Origin: Thermoanaerobaculia bacterium
Lineage (GTDB): Bacteria > Acidobacteriota > Thermoanaerobaculia > Gp7-AA8
DNA length: 64,000 bases
Direction: 5' to 3'
Assembly: GCA_046260175.1 (NCBI GenBank)
Contig: JBHEPS010000001.1
Location: 3,502 to 67,501 of the forward strand
The notes beneath the pieces were generated by a model. The model searched no databases. It saw only the letters and a list, made by a program, of their open reading frames with translations, and had not been told where the DNA came from. Position numbers and translations under genes: made by a program. Shown here piece by piece: positions 16,841 to 25,058 of the stretch; position 1 is the first letter of the stretch, and the number at the start of each line of letters is the position of its first letter.

Positions 16841-17743
16841 TCAGAACCCGATCCCTTGGCCGAAGTGGCGCCACAACCAGATCAGTGCGCCGGCGAAACC
16901 GAGCCCCACCAGCAGCCAGAGCCAGCCGAGCCCTTTTCCGGAGCTCGATGTGGGCTGGGCTGTCTCGATCCGGCAGACGACGGCGGTGACGTTATCGGGG
17001 GCGCCAGCGGCATACGCCAACTCGACGCAGCGGTCGACCGCCTCTTGAGGTGAGAGCTCGAGAGCTTCGCGGATCGAGTCGATTCCGACGAACCCGTGAA
17101 GCCCGTCCGAGCAGAGCAGATAGGCATCGCCCGGAACGATCTCCAGATCGCTGCCGCTGTCGACCTCGATGTCGGGTGTGACGCCGAGGGAACGCTGGAG
17201 CACATTTCTTCGTGGATGAACGGCGGCTTCCTCATCGGTGAGCAGCCCTTCCCGAACCATGCTCGCGACGACGGAGTGATCCTGGGTCAGCTGTTCCAGC
17301 AGCCCCTGGCGCAACCGGTAAATCCGCGAATCGCCGACATGAGTGAACCAGGCCCGCGACTCCCGCGCGTAGAGGACGGAAACGGTCGTGCCCATCCCCC
17401 GGAGCTCGAGATTGTCCTGCGCGTGGTCGAACACCGCCTTGTTGGCCCCCGCGATTGCGGCTGACAACGCCGGGCCGGGATCAACCAGCGGGTCTGCCGA
17501 AAAACGCTCCTGGACGGTCGTCGCGGCCAGGCGGGAGGCCGTGGCACCCCCGCGGTGGCCTCCCATCCCATCGGCGACGATCATGAGCGTTCCGCCTCCG
17601 GGGCTATCCGGGCCGCTCGAGACGAGACTGAAGTCCTGATTCTCGGTTCGAACCTTGCCGACCTCGCTCCGGTGGGCGACCTCGAGACGCAGTGATCCCG
17701 CGCCTTTGCGACCCGAAGGGGTGGTTTGGCTGTCGCTCTGCAT
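16841..17743 (-). CDS. PP2C-family Ser/Thr phosphatase with a C-terminal membrane anchor
   Basis: PP2C motifs (RTENQDFSL; VADGMGGH; DSRIYRL; LLCSDGLHG). C-terminal TM segment WLWLLVGLGFAGALIWLW. Confidence 0.85.
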   Translation of the reverse strand: MQSDSQTTPSGRKGAGSLRLEVAHRSEVGKVRTENQDFSLVSSGPDSPGGGTLMIVADGMGGHRGGATASRLAATTVQERFSADPLVDPGPALSAAIAGANKAVFDHAQDNLELRGMGTTVSVLYARESRAWFTHVGDSRIYRLRQGLLEQLTQDHSVVASMVREGLLTDEEAAVHPRRNVLQRSLGVTPDIEVDSGSDLEIVPGDAYLLCSDGLHGFVGIDSIREALELSPQEAVDRCVELAYAAGAPDNVTAVVCRIETAQPTSSSGKGLGWLWLLVGLGFAGALIWLWRHFGQGIGF

Positions 17744-17787
17744 CAGGTTAGCCCGAGGATCGTCTGCTGGATTCGAATGGAGATGCG

Positions 17788-17874
17788 CGGATTATACAGG
17801 AGCCGGGCTCCGGGCCTGAGGTTCCCTGAAGGCTTTCACGGACTCTGAGTCACCGGGCGAATGGATATAATCCG
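17788..17874. promoter_or_regulatory. Divergent promoter region with a perfect 9-bp inverted pair CGGATTATA (17788-17796) / TATAATCCG (17866-17874). Each gives an outward-facing consensus TATAAT -10 box
   Basis: TATAAT consensus elements are rare in this roughly 68% GC sequence. The minus-facing box sits about 45 nt upstream of the PP2C ATG. The plus-facing box sits 14 nt upstream of the second ATG (17885) of the cyclase gene. Confidence 0.45.
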
Positions 17875-19549
17875 GAAACCGGCCATGGAACAGTTCCAGA
17901 TCCACTACGTCGATCTCGGCGCCTCGAGAATGTATGACCTCCGGGAAAGCCCCGTGAGCGTCGGGAGGATCGAGGGAAACGAGATCGTTCTGAACCACCC
18001 ATCGGTTTCGAGACGACACGCGCGATTCGAGTTGCGTGGAGAGGAGTGGTGGATCGTCGACCTCAACTCCACGAACGGAGTGAAAATCAACGGATCGTCG
18101 GCGCCCGAAGCAGGCCTCAAATCGGGGGATCGCCTTCTGATCGGGTCCGTAGAGGCAGAGATCAGGTCCATTCCGGCGATCGGCTTCTCGGAAGAAAGCC
18201 CCTTCGACAACGTCTCGGGAACGGTCATTCGCCGCATCTCTGACTTCAATTCGGAATTCGGTCTCGAAGCGACTCCCCAGCCGGATCGGCAGGCGCCGGG
18301 GAAAGCGGACACCCGGGAAAAGATCTTCGCCGTCCTGGTCCAGGTGGCGAAGGTGCTGCTCGAATCGGACGATCTGAGCCAGGTGCTCCGCACCGTCATG
18401 GATCTGATCTTCAAGTACCTCCCGGTAGAGCGCGGGCTGCTCGTCCTGTTCGACGAGGAAGGGAATCCCATCCCGCGTACGACCAAGTTCAGCGAGGGGT
18501 CGGACGAGGAGATTCCGATCTCCCGGACGATTCTCAAGATGGTCGCGGAGCAGCAGGTCTCCCTGCTGACTTCGAATGCGCTCGAGGACGCCCGGCTTCT
18601 CGGAGGGAAGTCGATCGCCATCCACGGCATCCGTTCGGCGATGTGCGTGCCGCTCTGGAACCGGGGCCGGGTCATCGGGGCCGTGCAGGTCGACTCGCCG
18701 ATTCACATCGGCAGATTCACGGAAGACGACCTCGACCTGCTCACCGCGCTCGCGAACTTCGCAGCAGTCGCCATCGAGCGTGCGCAGCTTTCCGAGAAGA
18801 TCGAGGAAGAGCGAAAGATCCGAGGAAAGCTGGAGCGATATCACTCGCCGGCGGTCGTGGACGAGATCGTTCGCCGCGCCGGCGCCGCCGAAGAAAAGGA
18901 AGTTCGAAACGCCGAGCTGTCCATTCTCTTCGCCGATATCTGCGGGTTTACTTCGATCTCCGAAACAAAAAAGCCGGAAGAGGTCTCGGAGTTCCTCGCC
19001 AATTTCTTCAGCTGCGCGGTCGAGGCGATCTTCACATGGGGAGGAACGCTCGACAAATTCATCGGCGATGCAGTGATGGCATTCTTCGGTGCCCCTCTGG
19101 CACAGGAAGATCACGCGGCGCGCGCCGTCCGCGCCGGCTTGATGATGCGGGAGCTCGTCGACGAATGGAACGAAGAGCGCCAGAGGGAAGGGCTTCCTCC
19201 CGTTCAGATCCGGGTCGGCATCAATTCCGGCCCGGCGGTCGTCGGCAATGTCGGCACCGAGAAGCGCGTCGATTACACGGTCCTCGGCACATCGGTCAAC
19301 ATCGCGTCCCGCCTCGAGAGCGGCGTCGCCAAGCCGGGCCAGGTCGTCGTGTCGCAGAACACCTTCGACCGCCTCGCCACCAAATTCGAGTCCGTTCCGC
19401 TCGGCGAGTTTCCGCTCAAGGGTCTGCAGCAGCGCATGCCCGTCCACCAGATCGTTCGTGAGCTCGACGCGGCCACCAGCACCCTCCCCACGCGGAGCAC
19501 CCTGACCAATGAAAAGACGACACTCGGTCCTGACGATCGCGGGGAGTGA
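17861..19549 (+). CDS. FHA-GAF-class III adenylate/guanylate cyclase (the start may instead be 17885, MEQFQ...)
   Basis: N-terminal FHA (VSVGRIEGNEIVL...SRRHARF...STNGVKING). A GAF-like middle region. Cyclase motifs FADICGFTSISE and FIGDAVMAFFGAP. Confidence 0.8.
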   Translation: MDIIRKPAMEQFQIHYVDLGASRMYDLRESPVSVGRIEGNEIVLNHPSVSRRHARFELRGEEWWIVDLNSTNGVKINGSSAPEAGLKSGDRLLIGSVEAEIRSIPAIGFSEESPFDNVSGTVIRRISDFNSEFGLEATPQPDRQAPGKADTREKIFAVLVQVAKVLLESDDLSQVLRTVMDLIFKYLPVERGLLVLFDEEGNPIPRTTKFSEGSDEEIPISRTILKMVAEQQVSLLTSNALEDARLLGGKSIAIHGIRSAMCVPLWNRGRVIGAVQVDSPIHIGRFTEDDLDLLTALANFAAVAIERAQLSEKIEEERKIRGKLERYHSPAVVDEIVRRAGAAEEKEVRNAELSILFADICGFTSISETKKPEEVSEFLANFFSCAVEAIFTWGGTLDKFIGDAVMAFFGAPLAQEDHAARAVRAGLMMRELVDEWNEERQREGLPPVQIRVGINSGPAVVGNVGTEKRVDYTVLGTSVNIASRLESGVAKPGQVVVSQNTFDRLATKFESVPLGEFPLKGLQQRMPVHQIVRELDAATSTLPTRSTLTNEKTTLGPDDRGE

Positions 19550-20324
19550 CTCCGGAGGAGGAGCCGGGATTCAGGCCGACCTGAAAACCTTCGCCTGGTT
19601 CGGAATCCACGGATCGAGCGCGATCACCGCCGTTACTGCCCAGAACAGCCGCGAGGTGACGGCGGTGTTTCCGCTGCCCGACGAAATCGTCGAGGCTCAG
19701 ATCGACGCCGTGATGAGCGACCTCGGCCCGTCGGTCGTCAAGATCGGAATGCTGGGAACGACCCAGCTCGTGACGACCGTCGCGCGCAAACTGCGCGAGT
19801 GGAGGCCTCCCCAGATCGTGCTCGATCCCGTGATGATCGCGTCGAGCGGGGCGCGGCTGCTGACCGAGGATGCCGTCGCCGCGCTTCGTACCGAGCTCCT
19901 GCCGCTGGCGACGGTACTCACGCCCAACTGGCCCGAGGCGGCCGAGCTCATCGGCGAAGATCCGGGAGAAACCGCCGACCTCGCTCATTTCGCGAGCCGG
20001 TTGTCGGCGCTCGGCTCGTTCGCGATCGTTCTGAAGGGTGGGCACCTTCCGGGATCACCCGTGGTGGATACGCTCGTCATCGGGGAAGGGATCTGGGAGT
20101 ATCGGCACGAACGCATCGCCGGGGCGGAAGGGCATGGTACCGGTTGTGCTCTTGCATCGGCCGTGGCGGCCAATCTCGCTCTCGGGAAAGACCTTCCAGA
20201 AGCCGTAGCCGCCGCGACGGACTTCGTTCATCAGGTGCTTCTCGACCGATACTCAACCGGCTCCTCCAGGGAAAACTACCTCGGCATTCTCGCGGAACCA
20301 TCAGGAGCTGCCGGACGTCGATAG
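19509..20324 (+). CDS. thiD: Hydroxymethylpyrimidine/phosphomethylpyrimidine kinase
   Basis: VLTIAGSDSGGGAGIQADLKTF and the rest of the ThiD fold. It overlaps the cyclase gene by 41 nt. Confidence 0.85.
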   Translation: MKRRHSVLTIAGSDSGGGAGIQADLKTFAWFGIHGSSAITAVTAQNSREVTAVFPLPDEIVEAQIDAVMSDLGPSVVKIGMLGTTQLVTTVARKLREWRPPQIVLDPVMIASSGARLLTEDAVAALRTELLPLATVLTPNWPEAAELIGEDPGETADLAHFASRLSALGSFAIVLKGGHLPGSPVVDTLVIGEGIWEYRHERIAGAEGHGTGCALASAVAANLALGKDLPEAVAAATDFVHQVLLDRYSTGSSRENYLGILAEPSGAAGRR

Positions 20325-20340
20325 TAGGCAGTACCAGAGC

Positions 20341-20940
20341 ATGAAGGTGACCTTCTCGACCGCCCGAGTCCTTTTCCAGCCGCTGCTGATCGGCCTGGTG
20401 GCGGCCCTCGTCGTCCGCGCGACGCTGTTCCAGGCGTTCTCGATCCCTTCGGCCTCGATGTCGCCCACCCTTCAGCCTGGCGACCATATCCTGGTCACCC
20501 CGACTCCCCCGTTCCTCCCGACGCGCGCCCCCGAGCGGGGAGAGGTTGTCGTATTTCGCAATCCGGCTGCCGGGCCGGGATACTTCGTGAAGCGGGTCAT
20601 CGCGGTCGCGGGCGACCATCTCGAGATCCGGGACGGCCACATCCTGCTCAACTCCGGGCGGCTCGACGAGCGGTACGTCAACGGCGAACGCTCCGAAGGG
20701 ATGGTTGCCGAGATCATCCCGGCGGGGTACGTTTTCGTCATGGGCGACCACCGCTCGGACTCCATCGACAGCCGAAGCTGGGGATTGCTCGAGACGAAAA
20801 AAGTCGTCGGAAGGGCACGGCTCATTTTCTGGTCTTCCGCCTCGGTAGGGGCTTCGAGCGCAAGCGCGCACTCGGCCACGGGAGAACCCGTCGGTCCCCG
20901 CGGTCCCCGCTGGGACCGGATCTTCCGGATCATTCGCTGA
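20341..20940 (+). CDS. lepB: Signal peptidase I
   Basis: SMSPTL catalytic Ser box. GDHRSDSIDSRSWG (Lys box and D-box equivalents). N-terminal TM helix. Confidence 0.85.
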   Translation: MKVTFSTARVLFQPLLIGLVAALVVRATLFQAFSIPSASMSPTLQPGDHILVTPTPPFLPTRAPERGEVVVFRNPAAGPGYFVKRVIAVAGDHLEIRDGHILLNSGRLDERYVNGERSEGMVAEIIPAGYVFVMGDHRSDSIDSRSWGLLETKKVVGRARLIFWSSASVGASSASAHSATGEPVGPRGPRWDRIFRIIR

Positions 20941-20998
20941 TCCGCGTTGACTTCCACAGGTCACTTTCTTACTCTCCCAGCAAAAGGAGATTTTCTCT

Positions 20999-21358
20999 AT
21001 GCGCCGCTTTAGAGAGCGTGGCGAAGGTCAGTTCGGATGTATCGTCGGGTTGATCATCCTGATCGCAGCAGGGTGGATCGCCTACAAAATGATCCCGGTC
21101 AAAGTGAAGGCAGCCGATCTGCGGAGGACCGTAACCGATTCGGCCCGCTCCGCCGGGCAGATGAAGGATCCCGCAATCCGCGGCAATATCCTCAACAAGG
21201 CGAGAAGTCTCGAGCTCCCCGTCACGAACAGTGACATCAAGATTCAACGCGCGCGCGAGAGGATCCGAGTCGAAGTCGAGTACGTCGTCCCCGTCGAGTT
21301 CCCCGGTTACGTTTATCAATGGTCCTTCAAGCACGTCGCCGAAAACCCGATCTTCTGA
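20999..21358 (+). CDS. Small membrane protein (DUF4845-like), often found next to lepB
   Basis: AAAGGAG RBS. One N-terminal TM helix (CIVGLIILIAAGWIAYKMI). The family assignment is from memory of the protein pattern and could not be checked here. Confidence 0.45.
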   Translation: MRRFRERGEGQFGCIVGLIILIAAGWIAYKMIPVKVKAADLRRTVTDSARSAGQMKDPAIRGNILNKARSLELPVTNSDIKIQRARERIRVEVEYVVPVEFPGYVYQWSFKHVAENPIF

Positions 21359-21361
21359 ACC

Positions 21362-21772
21362 GTGCCCCACGCCCGTCTCACGATTTCCGACGTTCACCGG
21401 AAAACCGGCATTCCGGTAACGACGATCCGCTTTTATGAGAAGGAGCTTCCGGACTTCTTTCACGTCGAGAAAACGGCCGGGGGGCACCGCAGATACACCG
21501 AGGCGAGCGTCGCGCAGTTCCAGATGGTCCGGCGAATGGTCGAGCAGGAGGGCGTGCGGCTCGGCCAGTTGCGGGAGCAGCTCGCCCCTGCCATCGATCA
21601 GGCCGAGCTCCGACAGCACCTCGATCTGCTTCTCGATGTGCATGCCGGGATGACCGATGAGATCGAGCGAATGAGGGTGCGGATCGAAGCGCTCGAGATG
21701 GAGCTTGCAACTCTCCGCCGCGATCGCGCGGCGCGCAATGCGTCAGCCGACAAGAAGAAACGCTGGTTCTGA
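21362..21772 (+). CDS. MerR-family transcriptional regulator (GTG start)
   Basis: HTH_MerR signature (LTISDVHRKTGIPVTTIRFYEKE) and a C-terminal coiled-coil. Confidence 0.7.
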   Translation: MPHARLTISDVHRKTGIPVTTIRFYEKELPDFFHVEKTAGGHRRYTEASVAQFQMVRRMVEQEGVRLGQLREQLAPAIDQAELRQHLDLLLDVHAGMTDEIERMRVRIEALEMELATLRRDRAARNASADKKKRWF

Positions 21773-21822
21773 CCGCGACGCAGCACGCCACTTGCATCCC
21801 CGAAAGCCGAGGGAAACAACCA

Positions 21823-22032
21823 ATGACGATCCGGATCAAGGTCAAGACGAACGGCCCTTTCATCGTGGATGGTGAGTTCGTCCTCGTCGACGAACAGGGA
21901 AATGAGATCGAGCAGGTCAAGAAGGCGCTCTGCCGTTGCGGGGGCTCCACAACCAGGCCGTTCTGCGACGGAACCCACTCGAAGATCGGCTTCCAGGGAG
22001 CGAGCGAGGCCGTCCGCAGGGAGAATGAATAG
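21823..22032 (+). CDS. CDGSH-type iron-sulfur domain protein (mitoNEET-like)
   Basis: CRCGGSTTRPFCDGTHSKIGF matches the CDGSH motif C-x-C-x2-(S/T)-x3-P-x-C-D-G-(S/A/T)-H. Confidence 0.75.
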   Translation: MTIRIKVKTNGPFIVDGEFVLVDEQGNEIEQVKKALCRCGGSTTRPFCDGTHSKIGFQGASEAVRRENE

Positions 22033-22182
22033 GACGAATAGGACCTAGAGGACGAATAGGACGCATAGGTGGGACGGGCGGGGCGTCTACCCTGCCTGAA
22101 GCCGGAACCCGGTCTTGCCTGAAGTCCGCAGTGCCGGAGGTCTTGAAAGTCCTATGAGTCCTATAGGTCCTATTCGTCCTAC
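22028..22182. repeat. 155-bp structured element: imperfect inverted arrays of the heptamer ATAGGAC (left arm 22028-22068, right arm 22149-22182) flanking a 80-bp core with internal direct repeats (GCCTGAAGCCGG / GCCTGAAGTCCG)
   Basis: Seen directly in the sequence. The left arm is AATAGGACGAATAGGACCTAGAGGACGAATAGGACGCATAGG. The right arm is its reverse complement with 3 mismatches. The element begins inside the CDGSH stop codon. Confidence 0.65.
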
Positions 22183-22420
22183 CTGGTCTTTGAGCCAGAA
22201 TCATCCTCCCCTTCCGCGGGCTCGTCATCCAGATCGAACCGGACCAGGTCCCAGCCGGGATCGGCCTCCAGGCCGCGTCCGGCGCGGGAATCACGCTGCT
22301 CGTCGATGAATTCGGAAGCCTCTTCCATGGCGGGCGGGCATCTGCAGGGTGCCCGCCGGGCGGCCGTCTGGCTCTAACTTCATGAACCGTCTCAGCTTGT
22401 GAATCGCCACGGGCGCAAGC

Positions 22421-22471
22421 GGCGTCAAGAAATTTTGACGCCAGCCAGGGAACCTGGGGAACCTCCTGGCT
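22421..22471 (-). terminator. Two tandem hairpins downstream of the AhbAB-like gene (GGCGTCAAGAAATTTTGACGCC; AGCCAGG-N15-CCTGGCT); neither has a U tract
   Basis: Both are perfect stems seen in the sequence. They may be terminator or stabiliser structures. The second loop contains GGAACC twice. Confidence 0.3.
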
Positions 22472-22484
22472 TGTGCAAGGGATT

Positions 22485-23516
22485 CTAGGAGGCGGCGCTC
22501 TTTCCGGCCCCTCCCGCCCGCGTCGCTTCCCACGACTCGTAATCGGACGAGAAGAGGGGAACGCGGCTGCGCTTGAACTCGCGCACGGGGAAGAGTGCCT
22601 GCATGTCCGGCACGCCGGTCTGCTTGGAGAGCTCGGCCAGTACGGACTCGCATTCGTCCACGGAGCGGCCGTGGACGATGGTGAAGAGGTTGAACGGCCA
22701 GTCGGGATACGTCGGGCGGAGATAACACTGAGAGACCGCCTTGTGGGCGGTCATGATCGAAGCGACTCGGTCCACCTGATCGCCATCGACCTTCCACACT
22801 CCCATGACGCTCGCCGAGAAGCTCGAGCGCCGGAGCTGAAGGACGGCCCCATAACGCTTCATCTGCTGTTTGCGGGCAAACTCCCGCCCCGCTTCGATCA
22901 ACTCCTCGCCCGACATGCCCCCGGTCCGGGCGAGCACGTCGAACGGCCGCGGATGGAGCGGCAGTTCGGTCTGAAGCAGCTTGATGATCTCGATCTCTCT
23001 CCCGCTCGGCGCCTCGGCGACCGAGTCGGAGCCGTTGGACTCGTCGGCGCCCGATTCGGATGTTTCGGAAGACGCTCCGCGGAAGGAGCGGAGGGCCGGA
23101 AGCAGGCGGACGGCGTCGCACTCGGCTTCCTTTCCGAGAATCTCGACCGTGCGTTCCAGGCCGAGCCTGGAAGTCGGAGGCACCGCGATGGTGAACCAGA
23201 GGTTGAACTCGTGGTTGCGACGGTAGTTCTGGTAGACGCCCGGATGGGAGCTGATGATTCCGGCCGCCGCTTCGAGCCGCTCCTCATTCACGCGCGCGGC
23301 GACGAGCGAGGAACGATAGCCGAACGCTCGAGGGTCGAAAGCCGCGGAGATCTGGAGGAGGTGACCTTCCTTGCGCAGGCGGTCCGCGCGCTTGATCACT
23401 TCCTTTTCGGACATGTCGATCATCTGACCGATGATGGCGAAGGGGGTCGCTGCGAGCGGAACGTCGGCCTGGAGCGTGTTGAGAAGGTCCCTGTCCCGAT
23501 GATCGAGTTCCTGCAT
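22485..23516 (-). CDS. Tandem Lrp/AsnC-like fusion protein, probably a siroheme decarboxylase (AhbA/AhbB or NirDL type)
   Basis: Two repeated halves each carry an HTH (LDHRDRDLLNTLQ...; EIEIIKLLQTELP) followed by an AsnC C-terminal-like fold. This layout matches the AhbAB/NirDL family. The function is inferred from family only. Confidence 0.55.
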   Translation of the reverse strand: MQELDHRDRDLLNTLQADVPLAATPFAIIGQMIDMSEKEVIKRADRLRKEGHLLQISAAFDPRAFGYRSSLVAARVNEERLEAAAGIISSHPGVYQNYRRNHEFNLWFTIAVPPTSRLGLERTVEILGKEAECDAVRLLPALRSFRGASSETSESGADESNGSDSVAEAPSGREIEIIKLLQTELPLHPRPFDVLARTGGMSGEELIEAGREFARKQQMKRYGAVLQLRRSSFSASVMGVWKVDGDQVDRVASIMTAHKAVSQCYLRPTYPDWPFNLFTIVHGRSVDECESVLAELSKQTGVPDMQALFPVREFKRSRVPLFSSDYESWEATRAGGAGKSAAS

Positions 23517-23649
23517 ATCAGCTCTCCGTGATTTGCGAGGTCGATGGAAAGTACGACGTCCGCTTGCGCGGAAGCGGATTGTATCCCGACGAAGGGCGAT
23601 GTTTGAAGCTGCATTTCCCGTTTCTCCGGACGATCCGGGGAAGAGGACC

Positions 23650-24030
23650 TCAGAGCTCCCGGAGGCGGGGTCTTGGCAGGGTTTCCAATTGCTGGCCCCC
23701 TCCCTCGGCCTCCAGCGCGCTGCTGAGCCTCCTGGTCGCTTCCACCGCCACGGTTCGATCCAGGCGCCAGTAATCCTGCTCGAATGGCTCCAGACGCGCG
23801 AGAGCCCGGGTGGCGAGGCGCGTGGCTCCTATACGGTTCCTGCGACCGACGTGGTGCCATGCCGCCGCAACCTGGATCAGCCCCTGAACGAACTGCTTTT
23901 CAGGAGGAGCTGCCACGAGCCAGATCGCCTCCCACGCTTCATGAGCCTCCCAGAACAGCCCTTCGTTGAAGAGGCGGATGCCTTCACGCCGGGCGGCGGC
24001 CGCGTCGAGATCAGACGCGCTCGACTTCAC
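23650..24030 (-). CDS. DUF309 domain protein
   Basis: LFNEGLFWEAHEAWEAIW...QGLIQVAAAWHHV is the conserved DUF309 core. Confidence 0.55.
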   Translation of the reverse strand: MKSSASDLDAAAARREGIRLFNEGLFWEAHEAWEAIWLVAAPPEKQFVQGLIQVAAAWHHVGRRNRIGATRLATRALARLEPFEQDYWRLDRTVAVEATRRLSSALEAEGGGQQLETLPRPRLREL

Positions 24031-25018
24031 GAACGATCGCCTCGGTGAAAGCCGTGGTCGACGAGGAGCCGCCGAGGTCTCGCGTGCGGATCGATCCCTC
24101 CTCGAGCACCCGAATCATCGCCTCCTTCACCCGCCTGGCGGCGTCCCTCTCCTCGAGGTGCTCGAGCATGAGAATCGCGGACTGCAGGAGCGCGATTGGA
24201 TTGGCCTTGTTCTGGCCCGCAATGTCGGGAGCGGAGCCGTGTACGGCCTCGAAGACCGCGCCATGATGTCCGAGGTTCGCTCCCGCGACGACGCCCAGGC
24301 CGCCGACGAGGCCGGCAGCCAGGTCCGAGACGATGTCACCGTAAAGGTTCTCGAGGCAGAGAACGTCGAACTGGTGCGGGTTCGTCACGAGCTGCATGCA
24401 GAGGTTGTCGACGATCTTGTCGTCGGCCTGAATATCCGCAAAGTCCTTGCCGACCTCGTAGAACGTGCTCAGGAAGAGCCCGTCCGTCAGCTTCATGATG
24501 TTGGCTTTGTGAACCGCGGTCACCCTTTTCCGGCCATGAGTCCGCGCGTAATCGAACGCGAACTTCGCGATTCTTCGAGACGCCTTTTCGGTGATGATTT
24601 TCAGGGACTCCATGACGCCCGGGACGACCTCGTGCTCGATCCCGCTGTAGAGACCCTCCGTGTTTTCGCGGACGACGATGATGTCGACGTCCTTGAACGG
24701 CGTCACGATGTTCGGAAGGCTCTGGACCGGTCGCAGGTTGGCGTAGAGGTCGAGCAGCTTTCTCAGCCGGACGTTGATCGACATGAATCCCGTTCCGACG
24801 GGCGTGGTCACGGGGCCCTTGAGCGCGACCTTGTTTGTCCGGATGGAATCGAGAACTTCCTTCGGCAGAGGATCTCCGGCCAGCGCGATCGCTTCGGCGC
24901 CGACGACGTACCTCTCCCACTCGATCTCCACTCCCGCGGCTTCCACGATAGCGACGACCGCGGCCGTGACTTCTGGTCCGATCCCGTCGCCGGGCAATAA
25001 GGTGACTTTGTGACTCAC
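24011..25018 (-). CDS. NAD-dependent isocitrate / homoisocitrate / isopropylmalate dehydrogenase family enzyme (GTG start at 25018 with an AAGGAG RBS; the MRSS... extension in the six-frame track is not used)
   Basis: KVTLLPGDGIGPEV, NLRP, ENTEGLYSG and NLYGDIVSDLAAGLVGGLG are beta-decarboxylating dehydrogenase motifs. The longer ORF would overlap the downstream gene by 59 nt. Confidence 0.8.
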   Translation of the reverse strand: MSHKVTLLPGDGIGPEVTAAVVAIVEAAGVEIEWERYVVGAEAIALAGDPLPKEVLDSIRTNKVALKGPVTTPVGTGFMSINVRLRKLLDLYANLRPVQSLPNIVTPFKDVDIIVVRENTEGLYSGIEHEVVPGVMESLKIITEKASRRIAKFAFDYARTHGRKRVTAVHKANIMKLTDGLFLSTFYEVGKDFADIQADDKIVDNLCMQLVTNPHQFDVLCLENLYGDIVSDLAAGLVGGLGVVAGANLGHHGAVFEAVHGSAPDIAGQNKANPIALLQSAILMLEHLEERDAARRVKEAMIRVLEEGSIRTRDLGGSSSTTAFTEAIVREVERV

Positions 25019-25058
25019 TCCAGACTCCTTTCGTTCTCCGGCAGCGGCCAGCCCCGGA

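Noticed and set aside
22115-22309. The + strand 64-aa ORF across the repeat element
   Set aside because: It is Pro/Arg-rich, sits within the inverted-repeat element, and has no RBS.
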